Positions 8,943 to 17,587 of a DNA stretch of 37,980 nt are shown piece after piece. The stretch spans positions 1-37,980 of the forward strand of contig JAUWMO010000001.1 in NCBI GenBank assembly GCA_030613125.1, written 5' to 3'. The stretch comes from Bacteroidota bacterium (GTDB lineage: Bacteria; Bacteroidota; Bacteroidia; Bacteroidales; VadinHA17). Each line of letters opens with the position of its first letter. The stretch's first letter is position 1. The translations under genes were made by a program, and so were the position numbers. A model generated the notes under the pieces. That model was not told the DNA's origin, did not search any database, and was given only the letters and a program-made list of their open reading frames with translations.

Positions 8943-8992
8943 TACAAATGTACAACTAAAATATTAGTTATACAACTAAAATATTAGTTATT
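8943..8992 (-). promoter_or_regulatory. blaI-family promoter with duplicated palindromic operator-like sites
   Basis: The minus strand carries TACATTTG (8945-8952), a perfect TAnnTTTG -7 box, 18 nt upstream of ATG 8926. The dyad TACAAATGTA (8943-8952) overlaps it. A perfect 20-bp tandem duplication TACAACTAAAATATTAGTTA x2 (8951-8970, 8971-8990) follows, each copy containing a TACAACTAA-aata-TTAGTTATA dyad. Confidence 0.6.
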
Positions 8993-9075
8993 CCAAGCGA
9001 AAGATTACAATAATATGATACCCAGGTAGTTGCTATGGTTGTTTTTTGTAGTGTTTTATTTTTATTTACGGAACA

Positions 9076-11340
9076 TCAGGCATTCTGTGCACTAATAAGA
9101 TTTAGAGCTGAACCGGCTTTAAACCATTTAATTTGGTTTTGGTTGTAAGAATGATTGACCGGAAATTCTTCAGATGAGCCATCGGAATGATAAAGCACTA
9201 CAGACAAGGGCTTGCCAGGTGTAAAGTCTTTCAATCCGATAATATCAACATTATCATCTTCCCTGATCTTGGCGTAATCAGCCGGGTTAGCAAATGTAAG
9301 ACCCAGCATTCCCTGTTTTTTTAAATTGGTTTCATGAATTCGGGCGAAAGCACGGACAAGTACTGCTTTAACACCAAGAAAACGGGGTTCCATGGCAGCA
9401 TGTTCACGTGAGCTTCCTTCACCATAGTTCTCATCACCAATCACAATTGAACCAATACCCGCTTTTTTATAAGCGATTGCAGTTTCAGGGACTGGTTCGT
9501 AATCACCACTTAACAGGTTTTTCACATGGTTGGTTTTATCATTGAAGTAATTTACAGCACCGATAAGCATATTCTGTGATATATTTTCAAGATGTCCGCG
9601 GTACCTGAGCCATGGCCCTGCCATTGAAATATGGTCAGTGGTACATTTACCTTTAGCCTTAATCAGAACTTTCAAGTCTTTATAATCTTCCCCATCCCAG
9701 TTTTTGAAAGGAGTCAGAAGCTGCAGACGTTCAGAATCCGGGGCTACATTTATATCAATTGAACTACCATCTTCTGCGGGTGCCTGATAACCATTATCCT
9801 TAACATCAAAGCCTTGTGGAGGAAGCTCTATCCCTACGGGTTCTTCCAGTTTGACCTCTTCCCCATTCTTATTAGTGAGAGTATCTTTTAATGGATTGAA
9901 GGTCAAATCGCCTGCAATAGCAAAGGCAGTAACAATTTCTGGCGAGGCTACAAAGGCATGGGTATTTGGGTTACCGTCGTTCCTTTTTGAAAAATTCCTG
10001 TTAAAGGAGGTTATAATGGAGTTCTTTTCCTGTTTCTCTGCCCCATGTCTTGCCCATTGTCCAATACATGGACCACAGGCATTAGCCAGGACAATACCAC
10101 CTATTTTATTAAAAATATCTAACAATCCATCTCTTTCGATGGTGTATCTGACCTGCTCTGAGCCCGGTGTAATGGTAAATTCAGCCTTAAATTCCAGATT
10201 CTTATTTAATGCTTGCCGGGCCACTGAAGCAGAACGTGTGATATCTTCATATGAAGAGTTAGTACAGGATCCTATTAGGCCAACTTCCAGTTTTGGAGGA
10301 AAATTATTTTCTTTAACTGCTTTAGCAAATTCAGATAAGGGCCATGCCCTGTCAGGGGAGAAAGGCCCGTTAATATGTGGTTCCAGCTCTGAAAGATTGA
10401 TTTCAATAAGCTGGTCGAAATATTTATCAGGATTTTCATATACTTCAGGGTCTCCCGTCAGGTGGGTAGCAATTTTATCAGCTTCAGCAACAACATCTTC
10501 ACGACCAGTCGTTTGCAGGTACGATTTCATTTTGTTGTCGTAACCAAATAAAGAAGTGGTAGCACCGATCTCAGCTCCCATATTACAAATTGTGCCTTTA
10601 CCAGTACAGGAAATACTTTTAGCACCTTCGCCAAAGTATTCTAAAATAGCACCGGTTCCACCTTTTACAGAAAGGATGCCTGCTACTTTCAGGATTACAT
10701 CTTTAGCAGAAGCCCAGCCATTTAATTTTCCTGTTAATTTCACACCAATCAGTTTTGGAAATTTTAATTCCCACGGCATTGCTGCCATAACATCTACCGC
10801 ATCAGCTCCACCAACACCTATGGCAATCATACCAAGACCTCCGGCATTTACAGTATGTGAATCAGTTCCTATCATCATTCCACCAGGGAAGGCATAGTTC
10901 TCAAGTATCACCTGGTGAATAATTCCGGCCCCGGGTTTCCAGAAACCAATTCCATATTTATTTGATACAGAAGATAGAAAATCATACACCTCCTTGTTGG
11001 TCACATTGGCCTCTTTCAAATCCTCATCCGCACCCAATTTTGCCTGGATCAGATGATCACAGTGAACCGTAGAAGGTACAGCAGTTTTAATCCTTCCTGC
11101 CTGCATGAACTGAAGAAGGGCCATTTGAGCAGTAGCATCCTGCATTGCAACCCTGTCGGGTCTAAAATCAACATAGTCAGTGCCCCTGATAAAAGACTTA
11201 TGTGGAGATCCCGGATCGAGGTGAGAATATAATATCTTTTCGGTAAGAGTAAGAGGTTTACCAACAATCTGCCTGGCTTTTGCAAGCTTGTTTCCCATCG
11301 TTGAATAAACCTTTTTTATCATTTTAATATCAAAAGCCAT
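9076..11340 (-). CDS. acnA: Aconitate hydratase (mitochondrial-type, about 750 aa)
   Basis: Fe-S ligand motifs IGSCTNSS and [11 protein letters not shown], plus MIGTDSHT. The 754-aa length matches the mitochondrial-like aconitase described in Bacteroides. Confidence 0.93.
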   Translation of the reverse strand: MAFDIKMIKKVYSTMGNKLAKARQIVGKPLTLTEKILYSHLDPGSPHKSFIRGTDYVDFRPDRVAMQDATAQMALLQFMQAGRIKTAVPSTVHCDHLIQAKLGADEDLKEANVTNKEVYDFLSSVSNKYGIGFWKPGAGIIHQVILENYAFPGGMMIGTDSHTVNAGGLGMIAIGVGGADAVDVMAAMPWELKFPKLIGVKLTGKLNGWASAKDVILKVAGILSVKGGTGAILEYFGEGAKSISCTGKGTICNMGAEIGATTSLFGYDNKMKSYLQTTGREDVVAEADKIATHLTGDPEVYENPDKYFDQLIEINLSELEPHINGPFSPDRAWPLSEFAKAVKENNFPPKLEVGLIGSCTNSSYEDITRSASVARQALNKNLEFKAEFTITPGSEQVRYTIERDGLLDIFNKIGGIVLANACGPCIGQWARHGAEKQEKNSIITSFNRNFSKRNDGNPNTHAFVASPEIVTAFAIAGDLTFNPLKDTLTNKNGEEVKLEEPVGIELPPQGFDVKDNGYQAPAEDGSSIDINVAPDSERLQLLTPFKNWDGEDYKDLKVLIKAKGKCTTDHISMAGPWLRYRGHLENISQNMLIGAVNYFNDKTNHVKNLLSGDYEPVPETAIAYKKAGIGSIVIGDENYGEGSSREHAAMEPRFLGVKAVLVRAFARIHETNLKKQGMLGLTFANPADYAKIREDDNVDIIGLKDFTPGKPLSVVLYHSDGSSEEFPVNHSYNQNQIKWFKAGSALNLISAQNA

Positions 11341-11434
11341 GAGTTTTTCCTATTATAGTTATAATTTCCTACAAAAGTATAAATAATGTGATATTTTTAT
11401 AAATTTACAAATTGATTTATTCATTATTACGGAT

Positions 11435-12697
11435 ATGAGTTTTATACCACGGTTTCTAAAATTCGTTCAATTCCTGGATAATATAAGAATCTCAGTAAAC
11501 TCGATCAGAGCCAGCAAGATTAGGGCTGTTTTAACAATTTTTATTATTGCTATTGGCATAATGGCCCTGGTTGGAATTCTTACAGCTATTGAATCGATTA
11601 AAAAAACTCTGACAGACCAGTTTACTTTGATGGGAGCCAACACTTTTACCATTGAAAGCCGTAGTATGAATGTACAAATTGGCAATAAACGATACAGGAA
11701 GAAAAATCATTCCCGAATTACATACCGTGAGGCAGAAAGATTTAAGGAAGAATTCAAATTCCCGGCAATTATATCAGTTGCCACATATGCCACCGGTATC
11801 GGAACAGTAAAATATAAATCAAAAAAGTCCAATCCAAATATCTTGGTTCTTGGGTCAGATGAGAATTATCTTTATACTTCAGGAAATGAAATCGAAAAGG
11901 GAAGGAATTTTTCATTAAGTGATATCCAGTCGAACCGGAATGTTGCAATAATAGGTAGTGATCTGGCTAATGCTATATTTGAAAAGTTTCAGGATCCAAT
12001 TGATAAAGTGATTTCGGTTGGAGGTGGAAAGTTTCGGGTAATTGGCGTATTAAAATCAAAGGGAGCAAGTATTACCGGACTTGACAAAATTTGTATTCTT
12101 CCGATCACATGTGTAAGGTATTACTATTCACGCCCCAATATGCGGCATGATATTGACGTAATGCCCAATGACCCGAAGTTGCTGGATATGTCAGCAAGTG
12201 AAGCAGAAGGCCTGTTCCGGATAATTCGGGGCCTTGATGCCAGGGATGAGAGCGATTTTAATATTACCAAGAGTGATAATCTGGTGAATATGTTATTGGA
12301 AAATATCAAATTTGTCACCATTGCTGCAACTGCTATAGGACTGGTTACTTTGTTGGGCGCAGTAGTTGGCCTTATGAATATTATGCTGGTTTCTGTAACT
12401 GAAAGAACCCGGGAGATAGGAATACGGAAGGCCATTGGCGCCAAAGCTAATAGCATTAAACAACAGTTTTTGTTTGAAGCAATATTGATTGGTCAGATAG
12501 GAGGGGTATTTGGCATTTTTCTTGGGATCCTTATTGGTAACCTGGTTTCACTTCTCACCAATACTTCATTTGTAGTTCCATGGGAATGGATAATCGGAGG
12601 AGTACTGGCATGTTTCCTGGTGGGATTGGCATCAGGATATTTTCCTGCAGTAAAAGCTTCCAGGCTTGACCCAATCATAGCTTTGCATCATGAATAA
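11435..12697 (+). CDS. ABC transporter permease, FtsX/MacB-like
   Basis: One TM helix, then a large periplasmic MacB_PCD-like domain, then three C-terminal TM helices with ERTREIGIRKAIGA. No cognate ATPase gene is adjacent. Confidence 0.85.
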   Translation: MSFIPRFLKFVQFLDNIRISVNSIRASKIRAVLTIFIIAIGIMALVGILTAIESIKKTLTDQFTLMGANTFTIESRSMNVQIGNKRYRKKNHSRITYREAERFKEEFKFPAIISVATYATGIGTVKYKSKKSNPNILVLGSDENYLYTSGNEIEKGRNFSLSDIQSNRNVAIIGSDLANAIFEKFQDPIDKVISVGGGKFRVIGVLKSKGASITGLDKICILPITCVRYYYSRPNMRHDIDVMPNDPKLLDMSASEAEGLFRIIRGLDARDESDFNITKSDNLVNMLLENIKFVTIAATAIGLVTLLGAVVGLMNIMLVSVTERTREIGIRKAIGAKANSIKQQFLFEAILIGQIGGVFGIFLGILIGNLVSLLTNTSFVVPWEWIIGGVLACFLVGLASGYFPAVKASRLDPIIALHHE

Positions 12698-12721
12698 TCT
12701 TTATAAGATATTTAAAAGTCT

Positions 12722-13105
12722 ATGGAATTATTGATAATTGAAAAAACAAATGTGACTCCTGAAATCCGGTTTAATCCTTTTGAGGGGATATTGATGATGA
12801 AAGGCAGGTCAATTCCTGAAAATCCTGTGGATTTTTATTCTGGTCTAATGGACTGGATCAAAGAGTACTATAGTTCACCAAAGGAAATTACTGAATTTCA
12901 ATTTGAATTTGAATATGTAAACAGCGGATCAGCTAAGTTTATTCTGGAAATATTAAGAAAAGTAAGAATGTCTCAGGACCAGGGGAAAACTACCATGGTA
13001 AGATGGTTTTATGAAGAGGAAGATGAAGCTATTCAGGAACTTGGAGAGTATTTCAGGGATATGTTAAAGATTCCAATTGAATTGATCCCCGTTGTTCAAA
13101 ACTAA
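12722..13105 (+). CDS. DUF1987 / SiaC-like small protein
   Basis: 127 aa. The N-terminus TPEIRFNPFEGILMMKGRSIPENPVDFYSGLMDWIKEY matches my recollection of the DUF1987 (SiaC) family. No partner kinase or phosphatase gene is nearby. Confidence 0.55.
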   Translation: MELLIIEKTNVTPEIRFNPFEGILMMKGRSIPENPVDFYSGLMDWIKEYYSSPKEITEFQFEFEYVNSGSAKFILEILRKVRMSQDQGKTTMVRWFYEEEDEAIQELGEYFRDMLKIPIELIPVVQN

Positions 13106-13260
13106 ATATAGATGCCTTTTTTTATATCACAATAATATAAATAGGAATCACCCCTAAATTACACTTTTTTGACGTTTTCCAGGATTTTTCTATGGATGGT
13201 TATCAATAAATTTTACAGATTATTAACACTTTATGTTACCCTAAATAAGGGATACTAATA

Positions 13261-13288
13261 AAAAAGCCCTGAAGTCCAGGGCTTTTTT
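13261..13288. terminator. Bidirectional rho-independent terminator between convergent genes
   Basis: AAAAA-GCCCTG-aagtc-CAGGGC-TTTTTT. The stem is 13266-13271 / 13277-13282, and the flanking A-run and T-run give a U-tract on either strand. It sits 18 nt beyond the gap stop and 156 nt beyond the DUF1987 stop. Confidence 0.8.
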
Positions 13289-13305
13289 CAAATGTAAGAA
13301 AATTG

Positions 13306-14310
13306 TTAGAATAATTTTTCAATAAGGTCAACAACACGTGCCGAATAACCCCATTCATTATCATACCATGAAAGTACCTTTACAGTTTTTCCATTTACCA
13401 TTGTACTTAGAGCATCAAAAATGGAAGAATGGGTATTATGAATTACGTCTACTGAAACAATCGGGTCTTCAGTATATTCCAGAATTCCCTTCATAGGACC
13501 GTCAGCTGCTTTTTTCATAGCCGCATTTATTTCTTCAACAGTGGTATTCACCTTCAGGTTTGCCACAAGATCAACAAGAGAACCGGTAGGGGTGGGTACG
13601 CGTATAGCCATTCCATCAAGTTTCCCATCTAACTCGGGAATTACCTTTCCAACAGCTTTAGCAGCACCGGTAGTAGTAGGAATTTGGGAAATGGCAGCCG
13701 ACCTGGCTCTTCTCAGATCTGAGTGTGGCATATCCAGGATTCTTTGGTCATTAGTATAGGAATGTATGGTTGTCATCAATCCATTTTCAATACCAAAATT
13801 GTCGTGTAAAACTTTAACAACCGGAGCCAGACAATTGGTTGTACAGGATGCATTTGATACACACTGATCCTCAGGCCTTAAAGCTTCATCATTTACACCA
13901 AGAACGATCATATTATCAATAGTGTCTTTAGAGGGTACAGTTAAGATCACTTTCTTTGCACCATTTTTTAAGTGGTCACCGTAACCCCCTTTTGGATTTT
14001 CTTTTTGTCTGAATATTCCCGTAGACTCAATAACAATATCAGGTGTTTTTCCCCATGGAATGTTTGCAGGACTTTTTTCAGCAGAAACAGAATACTTTAT
14101 TCCATTTACTATAATCCCGTTTTCGTCATACGTTACATCACGTTCAAATTTCCCTTGTGTAGAATCATATTTTAGCAGATACGCAAGAGTTTTGGCATCT
14201 GTAAGGTCATTTATTCCAACAATTTCAAGTTCAGGCCTTTCAAGAATTATCTTGAAGGCATTTCTTCCAATTCTTCCGAATCCGTTAATAGCAACTTTTA
14301 TCTTTGGCAT
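13306..14310 (-). CDS. gap: Type I glyceraldehyde-3-phosphate dehydrogenase
   Basis: NAD-binding INGFGRIGR and active-site motif SNASCTTNCLAP; 334 aa. Confidence 0.95.
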   Translation of the reverse strand: MPKIKVAINGFGRIGRNAFKIILERPELEIVGINDLTDAKTLAYLLKYDSTQGKFERDVTYDENGIIVNGIKYSVSAEKSPANIPWGKTPDIVIESTGIFRQKENPKGGYGDHLKNGAKKVILTVPSKDTIDNMIVLGVNDEALRPEDQCVSNASCTTNCLAPVVKVLHDNFGIENGLMTTIHSYTNDQRILDMPHSDLRRARSAAISQIPTTTGAAKAVGKVIPELDGKLDGMAIRVPTPTGSLVDLVANLKVNTTVEEINAAMKKAADGPMKGILEYTEDPIVSVDVIHNTHSSIFDALSTMVNGKTVKVLSWYDNEWGYSARVVDLIEKLF

Positions 14311-14342
14311 GATTAAAAAATATATTAGTTAATAAATCGCAT

Positions 14343-14350
14343 CAAAAGTA
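14343..14350 (-). promoter_or_regulatory. Candidate Bacteroidota -7 promoter box for gap
   Basis: The minus strand reads TACTTTTG, a perfect TAnnTTTG, 32 nt upstream of ATG 14310. No clean TTTG -33 element lies at 19-21 nt. Confidence 0.35.
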
Positions 14351-14565
14351 GAGAATAAAATTAAAATGTTCAAGAAAATTAATGGGGTTGAATAAACTTT
14401 TGTTAAATAATTAACAGTTCATTATAGAATATATTGAAATGAAGCTTGTAGAAAATCTGAAAGAAATGACCTTTAATACACCCGTGTGCTTGATAAGGTT
14501 TGGAACTCTGACTTTAATCATAAAGAAATTGGTAGGTGAATCGGGCGGAAAATTAACCTGGGAAA

Positions 14566-15357
14566 TTAATATAATTGTCTTCTTTCTTCCTCATATTTGA
14601 GTTTAGTTTCCGATTTGATATCGACAATCTTGCCAAAACGGAAACTGGCATAAATTGCAGGGAAAAATTGTTTATTATCATCTGAGGCCATAATAGGTAT
14701 TTTCTTAATATATGCATCAAGCATACCGCCGACTTCTAAGGCACTGATTACCGGATCTCTTTTTCCAAATTCAAAATTAATACCAATCCTGCCATAAAGA
14801 CCGGGAACCAGTTTAATTTCATCAAACCCTTTAAAAAAAGATGCACGGCTCAGGATATCATATGGGGAATGAATGGATGAATTGAATTTTTCGGTAACGA
14901 TTATGTATGACATGCCACCAACTGATTTAAATACTTCATAATAAACTGGTTTATAGAAACCCAAAGAAAGCCCGCCGGTGTAAAGAAAACGAATGGCAAT
15001 CCCTCCTTTATCAATTTTTTTATATTTGATTCTTTGGAAACCGATTCCTGCTCTAACATTGAAAAAGAAGTTCATTTTACCAAAAACAAACCTTTTGTTG
15101 TTGGGGTACCAGCTATTGACAGTTTTGATTTCCTTAGGGTGTTTAATAATGCTTATTTCAGCTTCATACACCCGCTGGTTAAAAAAGTTGATCCGTTTAC
15201 TATACCTGAAACTTCCACCATACCCAATTGAGCTAAGTGTGGCTCCTAGTGAACGTTCATTCCGGTAAAATAATTTCCTTTGATCATCGATTTCTCCCTG
15301 TGGAAAGACCTCCGAAACAATGCAGAAGAAAATCAATATTAATCCTATCCTGTTCAT
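14566..15357 (-). CDS. Hypothetical secreted protein, probably an outer-membrane beta-barrel
   Basis: Signal peptide MNRIGLILIFFCIVSEVFPQ. Alternating hydrophobic beta-strand-like pattern with aromatic-rich segments (FRFGK near the C-terminus). Start moved to ATG 15357. Confidence 0.6.
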   Translation of the reverse strand: MNRIGLILIFFCIVSEVFPQGEIDDQRKLFYRNERSLGATLSSIGYGGSFRYSKRINFFNQRVYEAEISIIKHPKEIKTVNSWYPNNKRFVFGKMNFFFNVRAGIGFQRIKYKKIDKGGIAIRFLYTGGLSLGFYKPVYYEVFKSVGGMSYIIVTEKFNSSIHSPYDILSRASFFKGFDEIKLVPGLYGRIGINFEFGKRDPVISALEVGGMLDAYIKKIPIMASDDNKQFFPAIYASFRFGKIVDIKSETKLKYEEERRQLY

Positions 15358-15431
15358 GGACTGATCAGATAACATATAAGGCAAGCACCCGAATCTGAAA
15401 GAAGCTGACCATGAAAAGAGCCTGAGTCAAA

Positions 15432-15557
15432 TTAGCCGTTTTCGACCGTCAGTTCAGTGTCGGCCTGGGTATATGCTGGACATATTTCGTTATTGCAGGA
15501 ACTGAAAATACTCGCAAGTAAAAAACAAACTGCTGCAATGATGAATAACTTCTTCAT
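15432..15557 (-). CDS. Small lipoprotein ORF (41 aa), absent from the ORF track
   Basis: My translation is MKKLFIIAAVCFLLASIFSSCNNEICPAYTQADTELTVENG*. It has a lipoprotein-type signal peptide with lipobox-like FSSC and a consensus promoter upstream (see 15578-15608). It ends 74 nt upstream of the start of the next gene (15357). Confidence 0.55.
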   Translation of the reverse strand: MKKLFIIAAVCFLLASIFSSCNNEICPAYTQADTELTVENG

Positions 15558-15577
15558 ATTTATTACAATTATTAGCT

Positions 15578-15608
15578 CAAATCTATGCTTCCTACCTTTT
15601 GAAGCAAA
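15578..15608 (-). promoter_or_regulatory. Bacteroidota-type promoter (TTTG-N19-TAGATTTG) of the small lipoprotein ORF
   Basis: On the minus strand, TTTG (15608-15605) is followed by 19 nt and then TAGATTTG (15585-15578). The -7 box ends 20 nt upstream of ATG 15557. Confidence 0.6.
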
Positions 15609-15855
15609 GATAGGCTATTTTTAAAAAAAAACCAACTGCAACCGCCCAAAGTTATTAAGAACCTTTTTAAACAACGTAATTATTTAAAAAATATTTTGGA
15701 CAGATATTCTTTGTTACGAATTCAGGAAGAAAAGGTTACCTGAAAGAAATTAATAGTTTAACTTCCATACCGGAGTCCTGCCTAATGTCCATGGAACACC
15801 CGCGTTTGATAAATTTTTTTCAAGTTCAGGGAAATCAACCATAATCACTTATATT

Positions 15856-15890
15856 AAAAAAAGCTGCCCTGCAAAAGAACAGCTTTTTTT
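15856..15890 (-). terminator. Probable rho-independent terminator of the T9SS cargo gene
   Basis: A7-GCTG...CAGC-T8. AGCTG (15862-15866) pairs with CAGCT (15880-15884) and is extended by A:T pairs, with a 13-nt loop and a U-tract on the minus strand. It starts 14 nt past the stop at 15904. The GC part of the stem is short. Confidence 0.5.
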
Positions 15891-15903
15891 TCTGTAGCTT
15901 TAT

Positions 15904-17352
15904 TTATTTGATGATTATTTTCTTAACAACAAACCGTTCCCCAAAATTCATTTGGATGAAATACAAACCAACAGGTTCCTGAGTCAGGTCAATTGTGATT
16001 ATTATTCCCTGTGGATTGTAAAAAGTTTTTGTAAATACGGTTTGTCCTGAAATATTGGAGATCCTTATATCCATCTCTTTTTGAGGGACATTGGTGAAGT
16101 CTAAGTTAAATAATCCACTACCCGGATTGGGATAAATAATGAGACTGTTTTCAAAACCGGTTTCATTAATTGCAGTAGCATCTGAGATATACACCGGTCC
16201 AACACGATCGTAAAATGATGTATCTGCTGCATCAAGAATAAAAAGGTCAATAGAATCAGTAATTGCATCGAGCGGAATCACAAATGATAAGGTATCCCTT
16301 GATGCTTCAATAGGGTCAGGTTCACCATATTCATCCATAGTTATCAGGAATAATTCATCCAGCACATAACTATATCCACCTATATATACGCTGTCGATGT
16401 CGGTATAGGTCCATTCAAAGACCACTGTGTCACCAATATAATATGTTTCCCCGGCCTGTGGTGAAACAAACTCAAGAACCCTGTTGTCTTCAAGGGTGAG
16501 CGGTCCTACTGAAACATTAAACGTAGTATCATAATAATCAAAAATGATAATATCATATGTTCCGGCATCAGCTAAATGAGGTATTGGTACAGGTAAGATA
16601 CCAAGAGAAGCATCAATAGGTTGAGGAAACATTTCATTATCAATAACAAGATAGACTGAATCATCAGCATAGGAATAAATTCCAATTAAAATACTGTCAA
16701 TATTTATGGCGGTCCATTGAAGAATAATAAGGTCGCCCAGGGCATAAACATCATTTGGCTGAGGACTGGTAATAACAAGGCTCCTTGGACCAGTAGTGGT
16801 AACATCAACTTTTACAGGAGCTGCCTGAAGATTTGGCATTGCTTCATCGTCTTCTGCAACTACCCAGATGTTATATGCGGTATTTGGGTTGGCACCCGGT
16901 ATGATCTCAAAATAATCTGTGTTGGAATTGGTAACATTAATGCTTCCATGAGGCAGAACAGTAACTGTGTCGTAGTTAACACCGGCTTTAACCTGCTCAG
17001 AAGTCGGAGGAGTTCCCCCGTCAAAAATAACTATATAATACACTGTTCCTGGCTCGTCCATGTTGACAACGAGAGTGCCCTTATCATCCACTACATTAAT
17101 TATTTTAGGATAGCCTGATGTCCAAACCGGTGGTGCTATGTATGGTACGGAGGCTGTTAAAGTCTGTCCGGTATTTACACTACTAAAAATATTGGTTCCC
17201 GGAGCTTGCCAGGTAAAATCTGAATAAGAACTGCCGGAACCAGCTAGCTGAAGTGAATTGCCCGTAGGAAAATCATTTATCCATGCATTAGAATGGCCAA
17301 AAGAGACCAGCCCAAGTGTAAAAACAAAGAAAAAGAGTAAAGATTTTTTCAT
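15904..17352 (-). CDS. Secreted protein with T9SS (Por) C-terminal sorting domain and two internal ~100-aa repeats
   Basis: Signal peptide MKKSLLFFFVFTLGLVSFG. The C-terminal roughly 80 aa, IIYPNPGSGLFNLDF...GLYFIQMNFGERFVVKKIIIK, is typical of a Por_Secre_tail. The tandem repeats are LVITSPQPNDVYALGDLIILQWT... and LEFVSPQAGETYYIGDTVVFEWT... Confidence 0.85.
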   Translation of the reverse strand: MKKSLLFFFVFTLGLVSFGHSNAWINDFPTGNSLQLAGSGSSYSDFTWQAPGTNIFSSVNTGQTLTASVPYIAPPVWTSGYPKIINVVDDKGTLVVNMDEPGTVYYIVIFDGGTPPTSEQVKAGVNYDTVTVLPHGSINVTNSNTDYFEIIPGANPNTAYNIWVVAEDDEAMPNLQAAPVKVDVTTTGPRSLVITSPQPNDVYALGDLIILQWTAINIDSILIGIYSYADDSVYLVIDNEMFPQPIDASLGILPVPIPHLADAGTYDIIIFDYYDTTFNVSVGPLTLEDNRVLEFVSPQAGETYYIGDTVVFEWTYTDIDSVYIGGYSYVLDELFLITMDEYGEPDPIEASRDTLSFVIPLDAITDSIDLFILDAADTSFYDRVGPVYISDATAINETGFENSLIIYPNPGSGLFNLDFTNVPQKEMDIRISNISGQTVFTKTFYNPQGIIITIDLTQEPVGLYFIQMNFGERFVVKKIIIK

Positions 17353-17542
17353 AGCATTAGGGATTTAATGTTAAATATAAAAATTCTGAATTGAAGTTGT
17401 CTAAACATTTTTTAATAGAATAGGGTAATAAATGTAAAAAATTAATTCCTATTAAGGAAACAAACCATTGTAATATTTATGAACAGAACTGTGAATTTTA
17501 AATTGAATGCAAATAACAAGTTGAAAAGTGATCTTTATACAT

Positions 17543-17582
17543 GTTTTTGTTTGATGGTTTCATTAATATTGCAAACAAAAAC
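17543..17582. promoter_or_regulatory. Perfect 11-bp inverted repeat abutting the nitroreductase start codon
   Basis: GTTTTTGTTTG (17543-17553) and CAAACAAAAAC (17572-17582) are separated by an 18-nt spacer. The right arm ends 5 nt before ATG 17588. Confidence 0.4.
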
Positions 17583-17587
17583 GAGCT

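Noticed and set aside
8927-8947. Track start (TTG 8947) for the BlaI-family gene.
   Set aside because: The TTG lies inside the predicted -7 box and dyad. ATG 8926 gives the usual BlaI N-terminus (MKELTKAEEQIM...).
9851-10897. Long antisense ORFs (230 aa and 113 aa) opposite acnA, with similar antisense ORFs opposite purL, gap and the M56 genes.
   Set aside because: These are shadow frames of strongly supported conserved genes. Their translations are low in complexity (S/P/A-rich) with no recognisable motifs.
14439-14600. A 53-codon plus-strand ORF (MKLVENLKEMTFNTPVCL...) in the gap-upstream spacer.
   Set aside because: It has no signal peptide, motif or promoter support, and it overlaps the 3' end of the minus-strand gene 14566..15357. 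It is probably spurious.
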